A DNA stretch of 51,500 bases, the filler included, from Basidiobolus ranarum (taxonomy: Eukaryota): assembly GCA_040143965.1 (NCBI GenBank). It is 3 parts of 3 records of this genome, joined end to end, with 100 filler letters (N's around TTAATTAATTAA, not from the genome) between each part and the next. Parts side by side here need not be neighbours in the genome. Positions count along the whole stretch, not along the records: positions 17,245 to 34,338 come from JASJQH010007191.1; positions 34,439 to 51,500 come from JASJQH010007192.1; 1 more part is not named here. One strand, written 5' to 3'. Below the pieces are notes generated by a model. That model had not been told where the DNA came from. It saw nothing but the letters and a program-made list of their open reading frames with translations, and did not search any database. The position numbers and the translations under genes are program-made. This document shows, one piece after another, positions 24,851 through 35,263 of this stretch. Each line of letters opens with the position of its first letter. Within the stretch, counting starts at the first letter, position 1.

Positions 24851-26737
24851 TCATTCTATCACCTCGAATTTTGGTCTCTTCCTTCTGGCATCGTTTGTCT
24901 CATACGGATAATCAGGGTTGGCTCGAATATTTTGGTTGGTAAACATGATCGAGGGTAAGATGTTGTTGTTCTGACTCAAGGAATTTACAGAGGGTACTGC
25001 AAACCCTGCCATCAGTGAAATGTTGTAACCATTGTGTTGTTGATCGTTCATAGCTGAAGCATGGCTGTACGGGGGACCAGAGGTATTGTTATTATCATTA
25101 CTCTCATTGGAGTTGTAGACGTTCGACATTACTGGAGGAAGAGTCGATGTATTTAAAGATGGATTACGCGAAGTTTCGCGCATATTTCTCATGGCCCGAA
25201 GATGAATACAGTACTTTTCCAACATACTATATAAGCCTGCCTTGGAAAAGGGCTTGGCTAGGATATCATTCATTCCGGTGGCAAGATAGGTCATGCAATC
25301 GTTTTCTGTTGTATTAGATGTCATGGATATAATCGGAGTAACCGAATCAAATTGGCGAATTCGTGAAGTAGCTGAAACACCATCCAAATTGGGCATTACG
25401 ATATCCTGCAATTACAAGGCCTATTAATATGTAACTAGAAGGATTTGAGCACCATCAGAAATACTTACCATGAAAACAATGTCATATTTCTCCAGATTCA
25501 TTCTATTGACAGCTGCTACACCGTCTGTAGCAATGTCGAAAGAGCAACCAAAGATTTGGAGAAGCTTCCCGCTTAGTCTTTGACACATGGTATCATCTTC
25601 TACTAGTAAAACTTTAGGAGGTACGGACCAAGCGGATTGATTGGCACCTCTTTGACCATCGTTATTGCTGCTATTGTATCCTCGATTGTTGTCGTTCAAG
25701 CCCAAGTAATCAGAATTTGAAATATGCTGATCTATGAAAGTATTCAAAAGATGGTTATTTTATGTCGTTACTACAGACTGGGCAGATATGTAAGAAAACT
25801 AACCCATTGAAGAAGCAGCAAACTGCTGAAGAATCTGAGCCCTTTTATCCATTTCTGCACCTTGGTTTACATTGGCTTTAGATATTTCATTATAGGTATT
25901 GAGAAGTTTGAGTGCTTCAGAGGAGCCTGTAGAGTAAGGCGAGGCATTTGAATTCTCGTTGGATTCTAATAAGCAATATTAGTTTATAATTCCTAGGAGA
26001 TGATAATACATAACAAATTCGCCAACTTACTGGATTCACGATTGACTAAGTATTGGATAAGGTTATGCATCAACTGATCTTGAGCCATCATGCTTTTTCT
26101 GAACAGGAGAATTTCTTCAATGACCATTTGATAATTCTTGCTGAGTGATTGAAGATAAGTTCCCATATCTGATTGGGCTTTGGTTACATTGCCAATTTGA
26201 TAATGTAAATCCTCGGCTACTGCCTTCATCTCATCTGGCAAAGAGCCCACTCCAGTTAGAGCTTTGTTTTTATTTGGTATCTTGCGCTAACAGAGTGGAA
26301 GAAGATAAGTAAATGCGACAAACCAAAAAACCTTAATGCAAATACCATACCTTAATCATCTCCAACAATTCTCGCTTGTTGTACTGAAACTTTGGGTGCT
26401 GAAATTCCCAAGCCTAGAAGACGAATACGTTAGTAAGAAACCCAAATCCTAGATTGACAAGTCGGCTATTATTTCTTACTTGATCACCGTATGGTTTATT
26501 ACTATCCTCGGAATTTTTGATTTTGTGAAAGTCGTATTTATTTAGCTGGCGAACAAAACTTGCAAAGTTGTTGTGCTTGAAATGCTTTGGGAGAATGTTT
26601 CTTGCGAATTCGTTAGGCTCTCTTACCACAAAAGTATCCCCGTTCATTCCCCAGGATACAATATGGTTGTGGGTCGAGTCCTCCAACATTCGATACAGCT
26701 TTTTAACAAAGTCTGGAACACCAGGTGGAGTAGACAT
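24851..26737 (-). CDS. SKN7: HSF-domain / receiver-domain response regulator (Skn7/Prr1/SrrA)
   Basis: HSF DNA-binding domain (FVKKLYRML...FKHNNFASFVRQLNKYDFHK), coiled coil, and receiver (LLVEDD...DIVFM|DIVMPNLDG...TPIISMT...ILAKPF). Confidence 0.95.
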
Positions 26738-28980
26738 TTTGAAAAGATTTCTAGTCAGCTAGTAGAGGTAAGCGTGAATGCTAATGCGATGTATGAGTTT
26801 CTAAATTGCCAAAAAAGTTGGTAAAAGCTGATGTAAAATCTGTCCAGTCCAACGTAGGCCTCTTAATTATATAGGACTTCGATCGGATAATTGTATTGGT
26901 ATAGACATATTAATGTTGAAGGCTACTGGTTGCAGGGGTATTAAGCAACAGTTCCGTAGATTTGGTGGTAATAGAAAAGAAATCTCTGAATCTAAATTTG
27001 GAGATTGCCGATCGTATCGAGGTTAATCGAGAGATCCAGAGCGCGCCTGTGACTTCTAAATCTGGAATCAGACTGGATTCGAGATTTCAAAACAGGCCTT
27101 TGCTACTAATAACACGTAAACTGGATAGATCTAAAATATTCCGAGATAGATTCCAAATTTGATAGTTCAAAATATATCCATATGGCCTGAATGAGCCTAA
27201 AAAGCAGTCACTATCAGACTGTTGCGCTGCTCAGTCATTAAACTTTGCATCAGCAATCTTGAACGCGTATTAGTAGTGCATACTCGTGATAAATATAAAA
27301 GCAGAATGATGTGAGGAGGTACCCGCGTGTGCTACAGATGGCTTTTATTTGTTCCACTATCAATAAAATGCATTGAATGACTCATTAAAATATATGCGAT
27401 GATTCACCGAAGGCAATCATGCAGAGCTGAAAAGATTCGATGAATCTAGAAACTATATCAAGAATAGCGATTATATCGACTAAATTGACCTTTTTTTGCA
27501 CATTATACACACTATCGATGATCAAGCTCAAATTCCTTTAGGCAGCAATGTTAGGTAACTGAGCTGTCTAGAAACCCCCTTAATCAATTTACATCTAAAA
27601 GTGGTTGGGGAGTAGAGCTCAATAGCATACCATACTCTACGGTACAAAGCAGCGTCTCTGTATTATACAGAATCATACACATGTAACAATTCATGAGAAT
27701 GACATCGGCACTACACTCTTTTTGAGCTCTTTCGTCGGTCATCTCATAATCAAGAGAATGATGTAAGGCGATATGGTGATAACCTCAAGTGATTACGGCC
27801 ACATTCCAGAATCTAAGAAATAACAAGATCTTACGATATAGATGGTCCTAGAGTTCGTTCACGTAGTCTTCAAGATATATATAATTATGCCTAGCATAGT
27901 TAACTCAACTCTAGCCCGGAGCATTGCCCAATATAAGGTTGTGAGTTAGATTTCAGGTTACTAGATTCTAGATCAGCCTAGGCATTTATTCGTAAAGAGT
28001 CCATTTGCATCGTCTAGATCATTGATATCTATAGCCTCTTACATTCGTATATATTAGAGTGATTTGATTTGCTTATCAAATCCGCCTTGTCAATTCTTGA
28101 TCGTAGATTGTTAGTATCATTCTAGAGGTTACGAATACTTTGAAGATTACTGAAATAGAAACAAGCTATGGAGGCAATGAGTGGATATGATTGAATAGCT
28201 ACCTATATTATCTTTCTATATACTTTTGATTTGGGCAATGTAGAGTGTGATGATCATAAGTGAATCAACAGTTAGATGCTGAGTTTGAGTATATATATGA
28301 AGGCAAATTCTTGTTAGGGTTAGGATATATACCTAAGCTTCATCAAATTAATTAATATATCAGTGGTTTAATTTAATCAACACATAGCAAAACATCGTAT
28401 ATATATCGAAAGATTCCGCAGTATCAAGTGAAAATTATTCGTTTACCAAGTTAATTTATCAAAATGTTCAACATTGACTCCCAAGGAATAATAAACATAC
28501 CATCCAGTCCTTTATAATATGCAATGGAGATAGAGGTTTCTCAAGAGAGACAACAGAAAGATAGGTTCCGGCGAACGAAGATTTCATATATAGTATTGAA
28601 TAAAGAATATAACTCAATCCAGATAATTTCGTGATTATTATCGGAATTATTAAGCCGTATAATCAAATATTTTGTTTATTCCAGATACTGCTGCATATCA
28701 AACTAAGGAGCTAGTGCAGTTACCACCAGTATAATAATTTCATGGCTTAATATAGAAAGCCTAAGCAGATGTTTGGTAACGAAATGTAGACCTAACCCTA
28801 AGACAATATCGTAAAATCGATGAAGTGGTTCATGTTCAATATTTTATTTTCAATTAACCCGTGACCATTCTATCCAATAATAGATCCACCACGATAAAAT
28901 AAGGCCAATACCATCATCAAGCGGTAAGTGATGTATGATGTACTTACACTTTGGCATTGTTGTGCGTTGATGCTTACGTC

Positions 28981-29877
28981 CTAATTTGGTGTATACGCTT
29001 CGAGACGTTCGCAGGCGTATGCTCCAATAATTGGGTCATTCTTAACAGTCTCAAAAATTTTATTCAAGACTGGAGCATTGTCAAAAGTATCATTCCCGAA
29101 AATCTTCATTAAGTGCATGGTAGTGTAGGCAAGAATGTCGATAAGGGAAAGCTTGGACCCAACATAATAACCGTTTCCATTTTTTTCAAGTTGTTTCTCG
29201 TGGTATTGGATGATTTCGCTGGCAATGGTCACAAAGTTTGCCTCGGCGGCTTCCTTGATCGCATCAGTGGAGCCAAAGCGGGCTTTAGCCATAGTATTGA
29301 TTAGGCTCGACCATCCCTCACCGAAGCTGTCGATTAAAGCTGCTTCTTGTTCATTAGAGCCAAGGAGACCTGTATTTATTCAGTTAAGTATCTCTCATCA
29401 TTTCCACCGAGACATATCCTAGGTCTTACCAAATTTACGAGCAAGATAACGCTCAATAGCGTGACTCTCACCAAGCTGGAATTTCTATATAAGCCTCGTT
29501 AGTTGTCTTCATTCAACTAAACCTAACCCTTCATGATAAAGCAAAGAGGAAGAAAGAAACTCACCGAACCATCCTCAAAATACTCGGTGAGAACAGGAAG
29601 ACAACCGAAGGGAGTGTTAGCTTTTTCTTCGGCCCAATTCTGAAAATAAATGTCACATTTTAGGACTAACAAAATGGCACGCACACACATTACTTACAGA
29701 GGGATTGCGTTCAGACCAATTAACCTATGATACATATCAGTAAGTTAATAAAAATTCCTTTGATTAACTTGATTGCTAGTTTACTTTGCCATATTCAAGA
29801 AGCAGACGGATGGCTTCAGCACGGCCTGCCAAGGGGAAGTAGTATAATTCGTAGCTGATAGTCTTAGAGGCGGACAT
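28981..29877 (-). CDS. Glutathione S-transferase, Tyr-type (sigma-like), 5 exons
   Basis: Spliced MSASKTISYELYYFPLAGRAEAIRLLLEYGK|...TPFGCLPVL...|ESHAIERYLARKF|GLLG...GYYVGSKLSLIDI. Confidence 0.92.
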
Positions 29878-30891
29878 ACTTAAAAGTAAAGAGGTTGTAA
29901 GTCGACCTCTCAAGATTCTTTTATTATTTATAGTAGCTTGAATGACGTAAGTGGATCGAAATTTAGAATGTCCAATCTACTGCTCCCATAACCTCTCTCT
30001 CAGCTTCTTTTTCCCACACCAGCTAACAATTACTCAATCATACAGGTTTACTTCTACCAAAAGTTCATATCAATCCGCTACTAGGTCAACTAAATCATAT
30101 CATTCACCCTGCTAATCAAAACTCTAGTAATGTCGTGCAAGGTATGTACAGATATTAAGCAAATTCCAAAATCCTTGGCTCGTCTAGTTCGCTTAGAAAT
30201 TAGAGTTGTTCCCAGCATCGGTGATTCCTTTCTTTGAACACCTAGTGTTGTAAAATATTGTTTTTGCAGTGTAAAATGAAAAATTTGTCGCCTCTTAGTT
30301 GATCTGATGACACTAAATAAGTCATAAGACCATGAGGAAGCGTAGTTCTTTAGAACCCAACTCTCCCCATCCTTTCCCCTCCACTAGCTCATGGTTGGAG
30401 CGCTGATGCAGTGAATAAGACGGGTTGTAAAGCAAATTTCAATTTACTTCATCAGCTCCTCTTTATACTAAATTTAGGGAGGGGGAACCCACGTACTAAA
30501 TGGAAAATTTTCATTAATAAATTGATTACGATTCATGGATTATATTAAATCATAGTAAATAGATCAATTGCTTCTATATATAACCATATTTTGATTAAAG
30601 TTAGACATGTTTCAGCCACGATTTGTAAGAAGTACAAATTTCTTCGCTTTTTGCATTTCAATCAAGTTACATTTATTTATTAACTGGTGACTACTACTCT
30701 GGCGTATTTTAAATTTTATGCTTTTATATTAAATTTGCTCGCATGAATAATGGTTTGGAAAGTGACATGATTGTACGAGAAATCCTTACAAAAATTAACT
30801 TGTAAAACCATCACAATATTGGAATCAATTTACTCTTTTATTTATATTTTGCTTTTCTTAATGGTATGAATTTGAAGTTGGCTTGGTTTCC

Positions 30892-31620
30892 CTAAAGAGT
30901 TTCGAATACTTCAATGGCACTCACCGCCGTAGATTTAGCACTAGCTGGGTTGGCACCAGTGACAACACGGCCATCCACTTGAGAAAAGTCGGCAAATGGA
31001 GTAGGTGGTGCCACATATCTGGCTCCGGCTTCAGCTGCTCCTTCTTCAATAGTAGATACATTGGCTGATTTAATTATGTCCAATAAGTCTAGCATAGTCT
31101 CACCCTCGGTAGTAAACCCAGTCACAGCTTTACCTGCGATAATAGATTTACCAGTTGTACTGTCTATAATTCCAGGTAATATGGCAGGCCCATGGCATAC
31201 AGCAGAGACAACACCTCCACGGTTGTAAATATCCTCAGCAATATGCTGTAAGTTACGTGCTGTGGGATAATCCCAAAGGGTGGCATGTCCAGCCGAGGCG
31301 AAGAACAATCCGTAATCTGCTGGATTAAGGTCAGACGCCTTATGAAGTTGAGAATTTAGTTTCACATTGAATTCATGATTAGGATCATTTAGCACTTTCT
31401 CATCGTCTTCGGTAAGAAAATCTTTGGCTAAAGAGTGCTCATCAATTCCATAATAACCAGTTTCGGAAGCCAGATCTACCTCAAAGCCTGCATTGACTAG
31501 AGCTTCATACGGATGGAGGGCTTCAGTGTAAAAGAGACCTGTTTTCGTACCATCAGCATAAAATGAGCCATTGTAACTGGTGATAGCAAGGAGAGCTTTA
31601 CGAGGAAGAGTGGTAGTCAT
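30892..31620 (-). CDS. HSP31: DJ-1/PfpI family glutathione-independent glyoxalase (Hsp31/Glx3-like)
   Basis: TGLFYTEALHP, ASAGHATL, nucleophile elbow AVCHGP, VTGFT, RVVTGANPASA; intronless. Confidence 0.92.
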   Translation of the reverse strand: MTTTLPRKALLAITSYNGSFYADGTKTGLFYTEALHPYEALVNAGFEVDLASETGYYGIDEHSLAKDFLTEDDEKVLNDPNHEFNVKLNSQLHKASDLNPADYGLFFASAGHATLWDYPTARNLQHIAEDIYNRGGVVSAVCHGPAILPGIIDSTTGKSIIAGKAVTGFTTEGETMLDLLDIIKSANVSTIEEGAAEAGARYVAPPTPFADFSQVDGRVVTGANPASAKSTAVSAIEVFETL

Positions 31621-32413
31621 TGTAAATATTGATTTCTTAAATTATGCCTATAACCCTTCGTGTCTGGTCTTATTTATACTACACCTGATGACAAATATTT
31701 CAAAAACTTCTGGATTTACCCTCCATTACCTTCGATTGTATTCAGTACTATAGAATCCTATGGAATGTGGCTTTAGCTAACAGAACTTGATGGCTGCTGA
31801 CAAATTCCAACTATCTTTAAATATTTATGCTGATATGATCGTGACAACCTATAGCAATATTTACTCGCAAAATCTAAAAGTAGTTAATCACTACAACTTC
31901 GTGTGATGATTAGTTGGACGAATAGCATTATCAAGGAAGTAGAATACAATGGCTAGTTTTCGGAAAGAGCGATGACAGTTTACAAACAAACATTAGTAAA
32001 GATTACAAAAAATACACACTTGGTGTATTACTGGAAGAGAATGTTGTAATATTTAGGGTCAGGTTATTGGAGTGTATTTGCACAATATACTGGTGATATG
32101 CACCAACTGATAGCAGTAAACATTCAAGTAATGGTTTAAAGCTTCGTTTGAATCTGGTTTACTTTCATTCCCTATCTCTAGCACTATATTTGTAACTACC
32201 TAGGGATAACGATAGACAATTACCATGGATGTTTGAATCCCATTATGTCACTTCAATTGTAATAAAAAATAGGAGTCATAATTCAAGTAAAGTTAAAAGA
32301 TTCTTGAGTACTGGCAATAAACCAAGCGAGAGTTAACCAGTTTGAACAAATAGCAGTTAGAAATTGTTACCTTGGTTTTTAATATTTATGCCTCATCCCA
32401 CAATATGCATATT

Positions 32414-32422
32414 TATATAAAA
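32414..32422 (+). promoter_or_regulatory. TATA box of the U1 gene
   Basis: TATATAAAA about 30 nt upstream of the U1 5' end. Confidence 0.55.
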
Positions 32423-32448
32423 CTTAGAAATTCGCAATCCGTCAAACC

Positions 32449-32613
32449 ATACTTACCTGGCAGGGGGAGCTTACGATCAAGTAGGTGAGCTCTTCGTCTT
32501 GGAAACTGGGCATTGCACAGCGTCTCAGGGTCCTTGACGCGAACATCCTTAGGGGTGTCTCGACTGTTAAATTTTTGTTTGTGGGAGGTGAGCGCTATGC
32601 GCCGCCTCCTACC
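32449..32613 (+). ncRNA. U1: U1 spliceosomal snRNA
   Basis: 5' ATACTTACCTGG; SL1 stem GGGGAGCTTAC/GTGAGCTCTTC with loop GATCAAGTAG; U1A loop CATTGCAC; Sm site AATTTTTG; terminal hairpin GTGGGAGGTG...CGCCTCCTAC; about 165 nt. Confidence 0.96.
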
Positions 32614-33308
32614 CTTTCCCTTTATATTATAAACCATGTCGTTCATTGATTGTTACAAATAGAAGTTCGCAGTATTGATGGATTAACCAACTTGATATCT
32701 GGATGTTTGCTCTTTAACATTAAGTTTACATCAGCTATTCAATGCTGTGATACGTGAAATAACTCAAGCCGACATTACTCTATGCCTTCAACAATAATGC
32801 TTGATAATCACGTATAGTTCGAGTGGATATAAATTCAACTCAGAAACAATTTCGTTACTAATGTATATCAGTTTTAATACAAATCCACGAATTTTATACG
32901 AACGCTTGGACGTGAGTAACACTCGAATAGCTCAAACTGACAAGCAACTCACCTTGCTTATTTCCAGTCAAGATGATATCAGATATAAAGTTCTAGTCTG
33001 ACCTAGCCTCTGAAAAAGGTGAGCTATCAGATCCTTGTCTGGGACCAATAACACTACTGGAATCAATATTCATATGGTACAGGATGTCAAAGATTTACTC
33101 CAGGCGTATTATACCACATAATCAGCAATTAAATGGTTCAACCCTGCTTAAGCTCATATTTGAAAGTATTAATAGAGCCTAGTATAAACAATCAGTAGCT
33201 TGCTTTGAAGATACAATGTAACTAAAATATTGTAAGTACAGTTTAGAGAAAGAAGGCCAAAGTAGTTGAAGCTTAGATATGTTCTTTATTTCTACTAATA
33301 CGTAAAGA

Positions 33309-33610
33309 TGTTGAAGTATTTTGAGAGTTTGTTGGAAGTGGTTTGGAGAACTAGAAAGAATTGATGGCTTTCACTTGTTAAATCTAATGAGTGGAAAGTT
33401 GACATTTATAGTCGGGTAAACAAACAAACGTATAGAATGTGTTACGGAATGTCCCGAATTGCGAACAGTTCGTGATATCTTAGTTCAATATGGAATAACT
33501 AAATACTAAGCTATATATGGATGTTTAAGCTATGTCAATTTCAACAAAAGATACTTTTTACGTTCTTAAACTAGCTATGGATGTTTATACATTCCTAATG
33601 TGCAGTTATT
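33309..33610 (+). repeat. Dispersed degenerate repeat, copy B
   Basis: Colinear with 21101-21510 but lacks roughly 70 nt present in copy A. Confidence 0.9.
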
Positions 33611-33977
33611 AGGCTAATTCAATAGGGTACCAAGTACCAGTTTATGGTAATGCTTCTCTGCTTGAGAGATATGGTAATGAATATTAAGTATTGCATTGTC
33701 AAATCATAGATACCAATGGAATACTTAATAATGGCATTCTTATTGCGCAATAGATATCGCTACCTATTTCTGAGCTTAAACATTCCTGTGTATGCCCAAT
33801 TTATACTCCATATATGATCTGATCAAATTTAGTTCTTTTTCTGCTCATTATGTTGACGTGCTCTTGACATTAGATTATTAAACGAATATACCTTTGGTAC
33901 TTGCTATCATACTTTATTTGCAAACAATCTGAACATTTGTTTGGAGAGAGCAACGGTAATCTTGAACAAGAAAAATA

Positions 33978-34145
33978 CTAACGACACGCACGCATGGGGT
34001 TGGAACTACTGACTGCGGCACATTTCTTGGAGCAACAATCGCTGTTGCTGGAGCAGGAATAGCCGACCTTTTTGCAAGCGGCATCGGATTGACCGATCAG
34101 AAGAACGGCCATAAGAGTAGCAAGGAAGAATGACTGGAAGTTCAT
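33978..34145 (-). CDS. Secreted inhibitor-cystine-knot (knottin / conotoxin-like) peptide, 55 aa
   Basis: MNFQSFFLATLMAVLLIGQSDA|ACKKVGYSCSSNSDCCSKKCAAVSSSNPMRACR*: signal peptide plus C-x6-C-x5-CC-x3-C-x11-C. AAAACA-ATG context; TATAAAA at 34197-34191. Confidence 0.9.
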   Translation of the reverse strand: MNFQSFFLATLMAVLLIGQSDAACKKVGYSCSSNSDCCSKKCAAVSSSNPMRACR

Positions 34146-34338
34146 TGTTTTTAGGAGTAACTGATGTTGAGAGATCAGAACTGAAAGTGCTTTTATACAG
34201 CAACTGCTTCATTGTATATTTAATGATGAGAATTCATTTGGAGGCTGTACATCGAAGTGGTGCCTGGTGCTACAGGGCAAAGACTCATAATGCTTGTGTG
34301 AACGAAAAAGGTTTGCTTCTAGGTTACATTGTGTCGTG

Positions 34339-34438
34339 NNNNNNNNNNNNNNNNNNNNNNNNNNNNNNNNNNNNNNNNNNNNTTAATTAATTAANNNNNN
34401 NNNNNNNNNNNNNNNNNNNNNNNNNNNNNNNNNNNNNN
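34339..34438. other. Assembly gap with artificial TTAATTAATTAA spacer
   Basis: 44 N + spacer (34383-34394) + 44 N. Confidence 0.97.
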
Positions 34439-34495
34439 CTATGTTTGGGATAACAAAAATATTCATCTCGTCGCCATCGAAATCTGCGTTAAAGA

Positions 34496-35263
34496 ATGGG
34501 CTATATTGCGGCATTGTGGGCTGGTTGGGTGTCTAAATATTATGTTGTCAATCACCTGTTTGTGCCACGCAAGACCTGGAAACGTCGCTTTTTTGTTCTC
34601 ACCCCTAAAGCCCTATACCGCTTCAAATCATCAGCCCCAAGTGCAGTATCATTGGAACCAATTGAAATATCTGGGAAAACAACTGCCAGTGTGTGTGAAA
34701 AGTTTCCTGGACGTCGTTGGGTGATTGAAATCAATAACCTTGATCGCCCAACATGCCATATTCAAGTGGAGAGTCTGGAAGAATTGAAGATATGGTTAAG
34801 CAGCATCAAATCCGCGATTATCCAGAGCAAATACCCATTCTGTCGATCCGCTTCTAAAGTTTCCCGTACGAGAGGAAATGCACGCGACTCTATCGCAACA
34901 TCCTCCACAGTATCTTCTGGTTCCAGCGGCTATCTGAGCCGAGGTATGACAAGATCAACAGATATCGACATGGCTCGGTTACCCACACCGACCCCAATGC
35001 CCAAATATCCGCCACCCTCCATTCCCAATGAAGAATGCAAAGTAGAGTCATCGCTACAGCGGATGCCTTCGTTTAACTCTGCGGAACTCTCACCATGTAG
35101 AGGGCCTTTGCAACGTATGAACACTCTACCTGGAAAAGGGCCATTCCAAGCAAGTGAAAGCACCAATAGCAAGCTCTTGATTCTTGAACCTAATCCCACC
35201 TTACTAATCAACGCCATTCCGCAAAACAATATGACCTTTTCGGCTGTTGAAGCGACACACTAG
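34496..35263 (+). CDS. PH-domain protein
   Basis: GWVSK...KTWKRRFFVLTPKALYRFKS...ELKIWLSSIK is a PH signature, followed by an S/P-rich tail. Confidence 0.85.
   Translation: MGYIAALWAGWVSKYYVVNHLFVPRKTWKRRFFVLTPKALYRFKSSAPSAVSLEPIEISGKTTASVCEKFPGRRWVIEINNLDRPTCHIQVESLEELKIWLSSIKSAIIQSKYPFCRSASKVSRTRGNARDSIATSSTVSSGSSGYLSRGMTRSTDIDMARLPTPTPMPKYPPPSIPNEECKVESSLQRMPSFNSAELSPCRGPLQRMNTLPGKGPFQASESTNSKLLILEPNPTLLINAIPQNNMTFSAVEATH

Noticed and set aside
30838-30894. Possible readthrough peroxisomal extension of HSP31
   Set aside because: Extension ends AKYK, not a PTS1, and the stop context is not TGA-CTA.
32413-32646. 77-aa minus-strand ORF
   Set aside because: Antisense shadow of the U1 snRNA.
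34006-34212. 68-aa minus-strand ORF in the track
   Set aside because: Wrong frame; the knottin frame 34145-33978 has the signal peptide and cysteine pattern.
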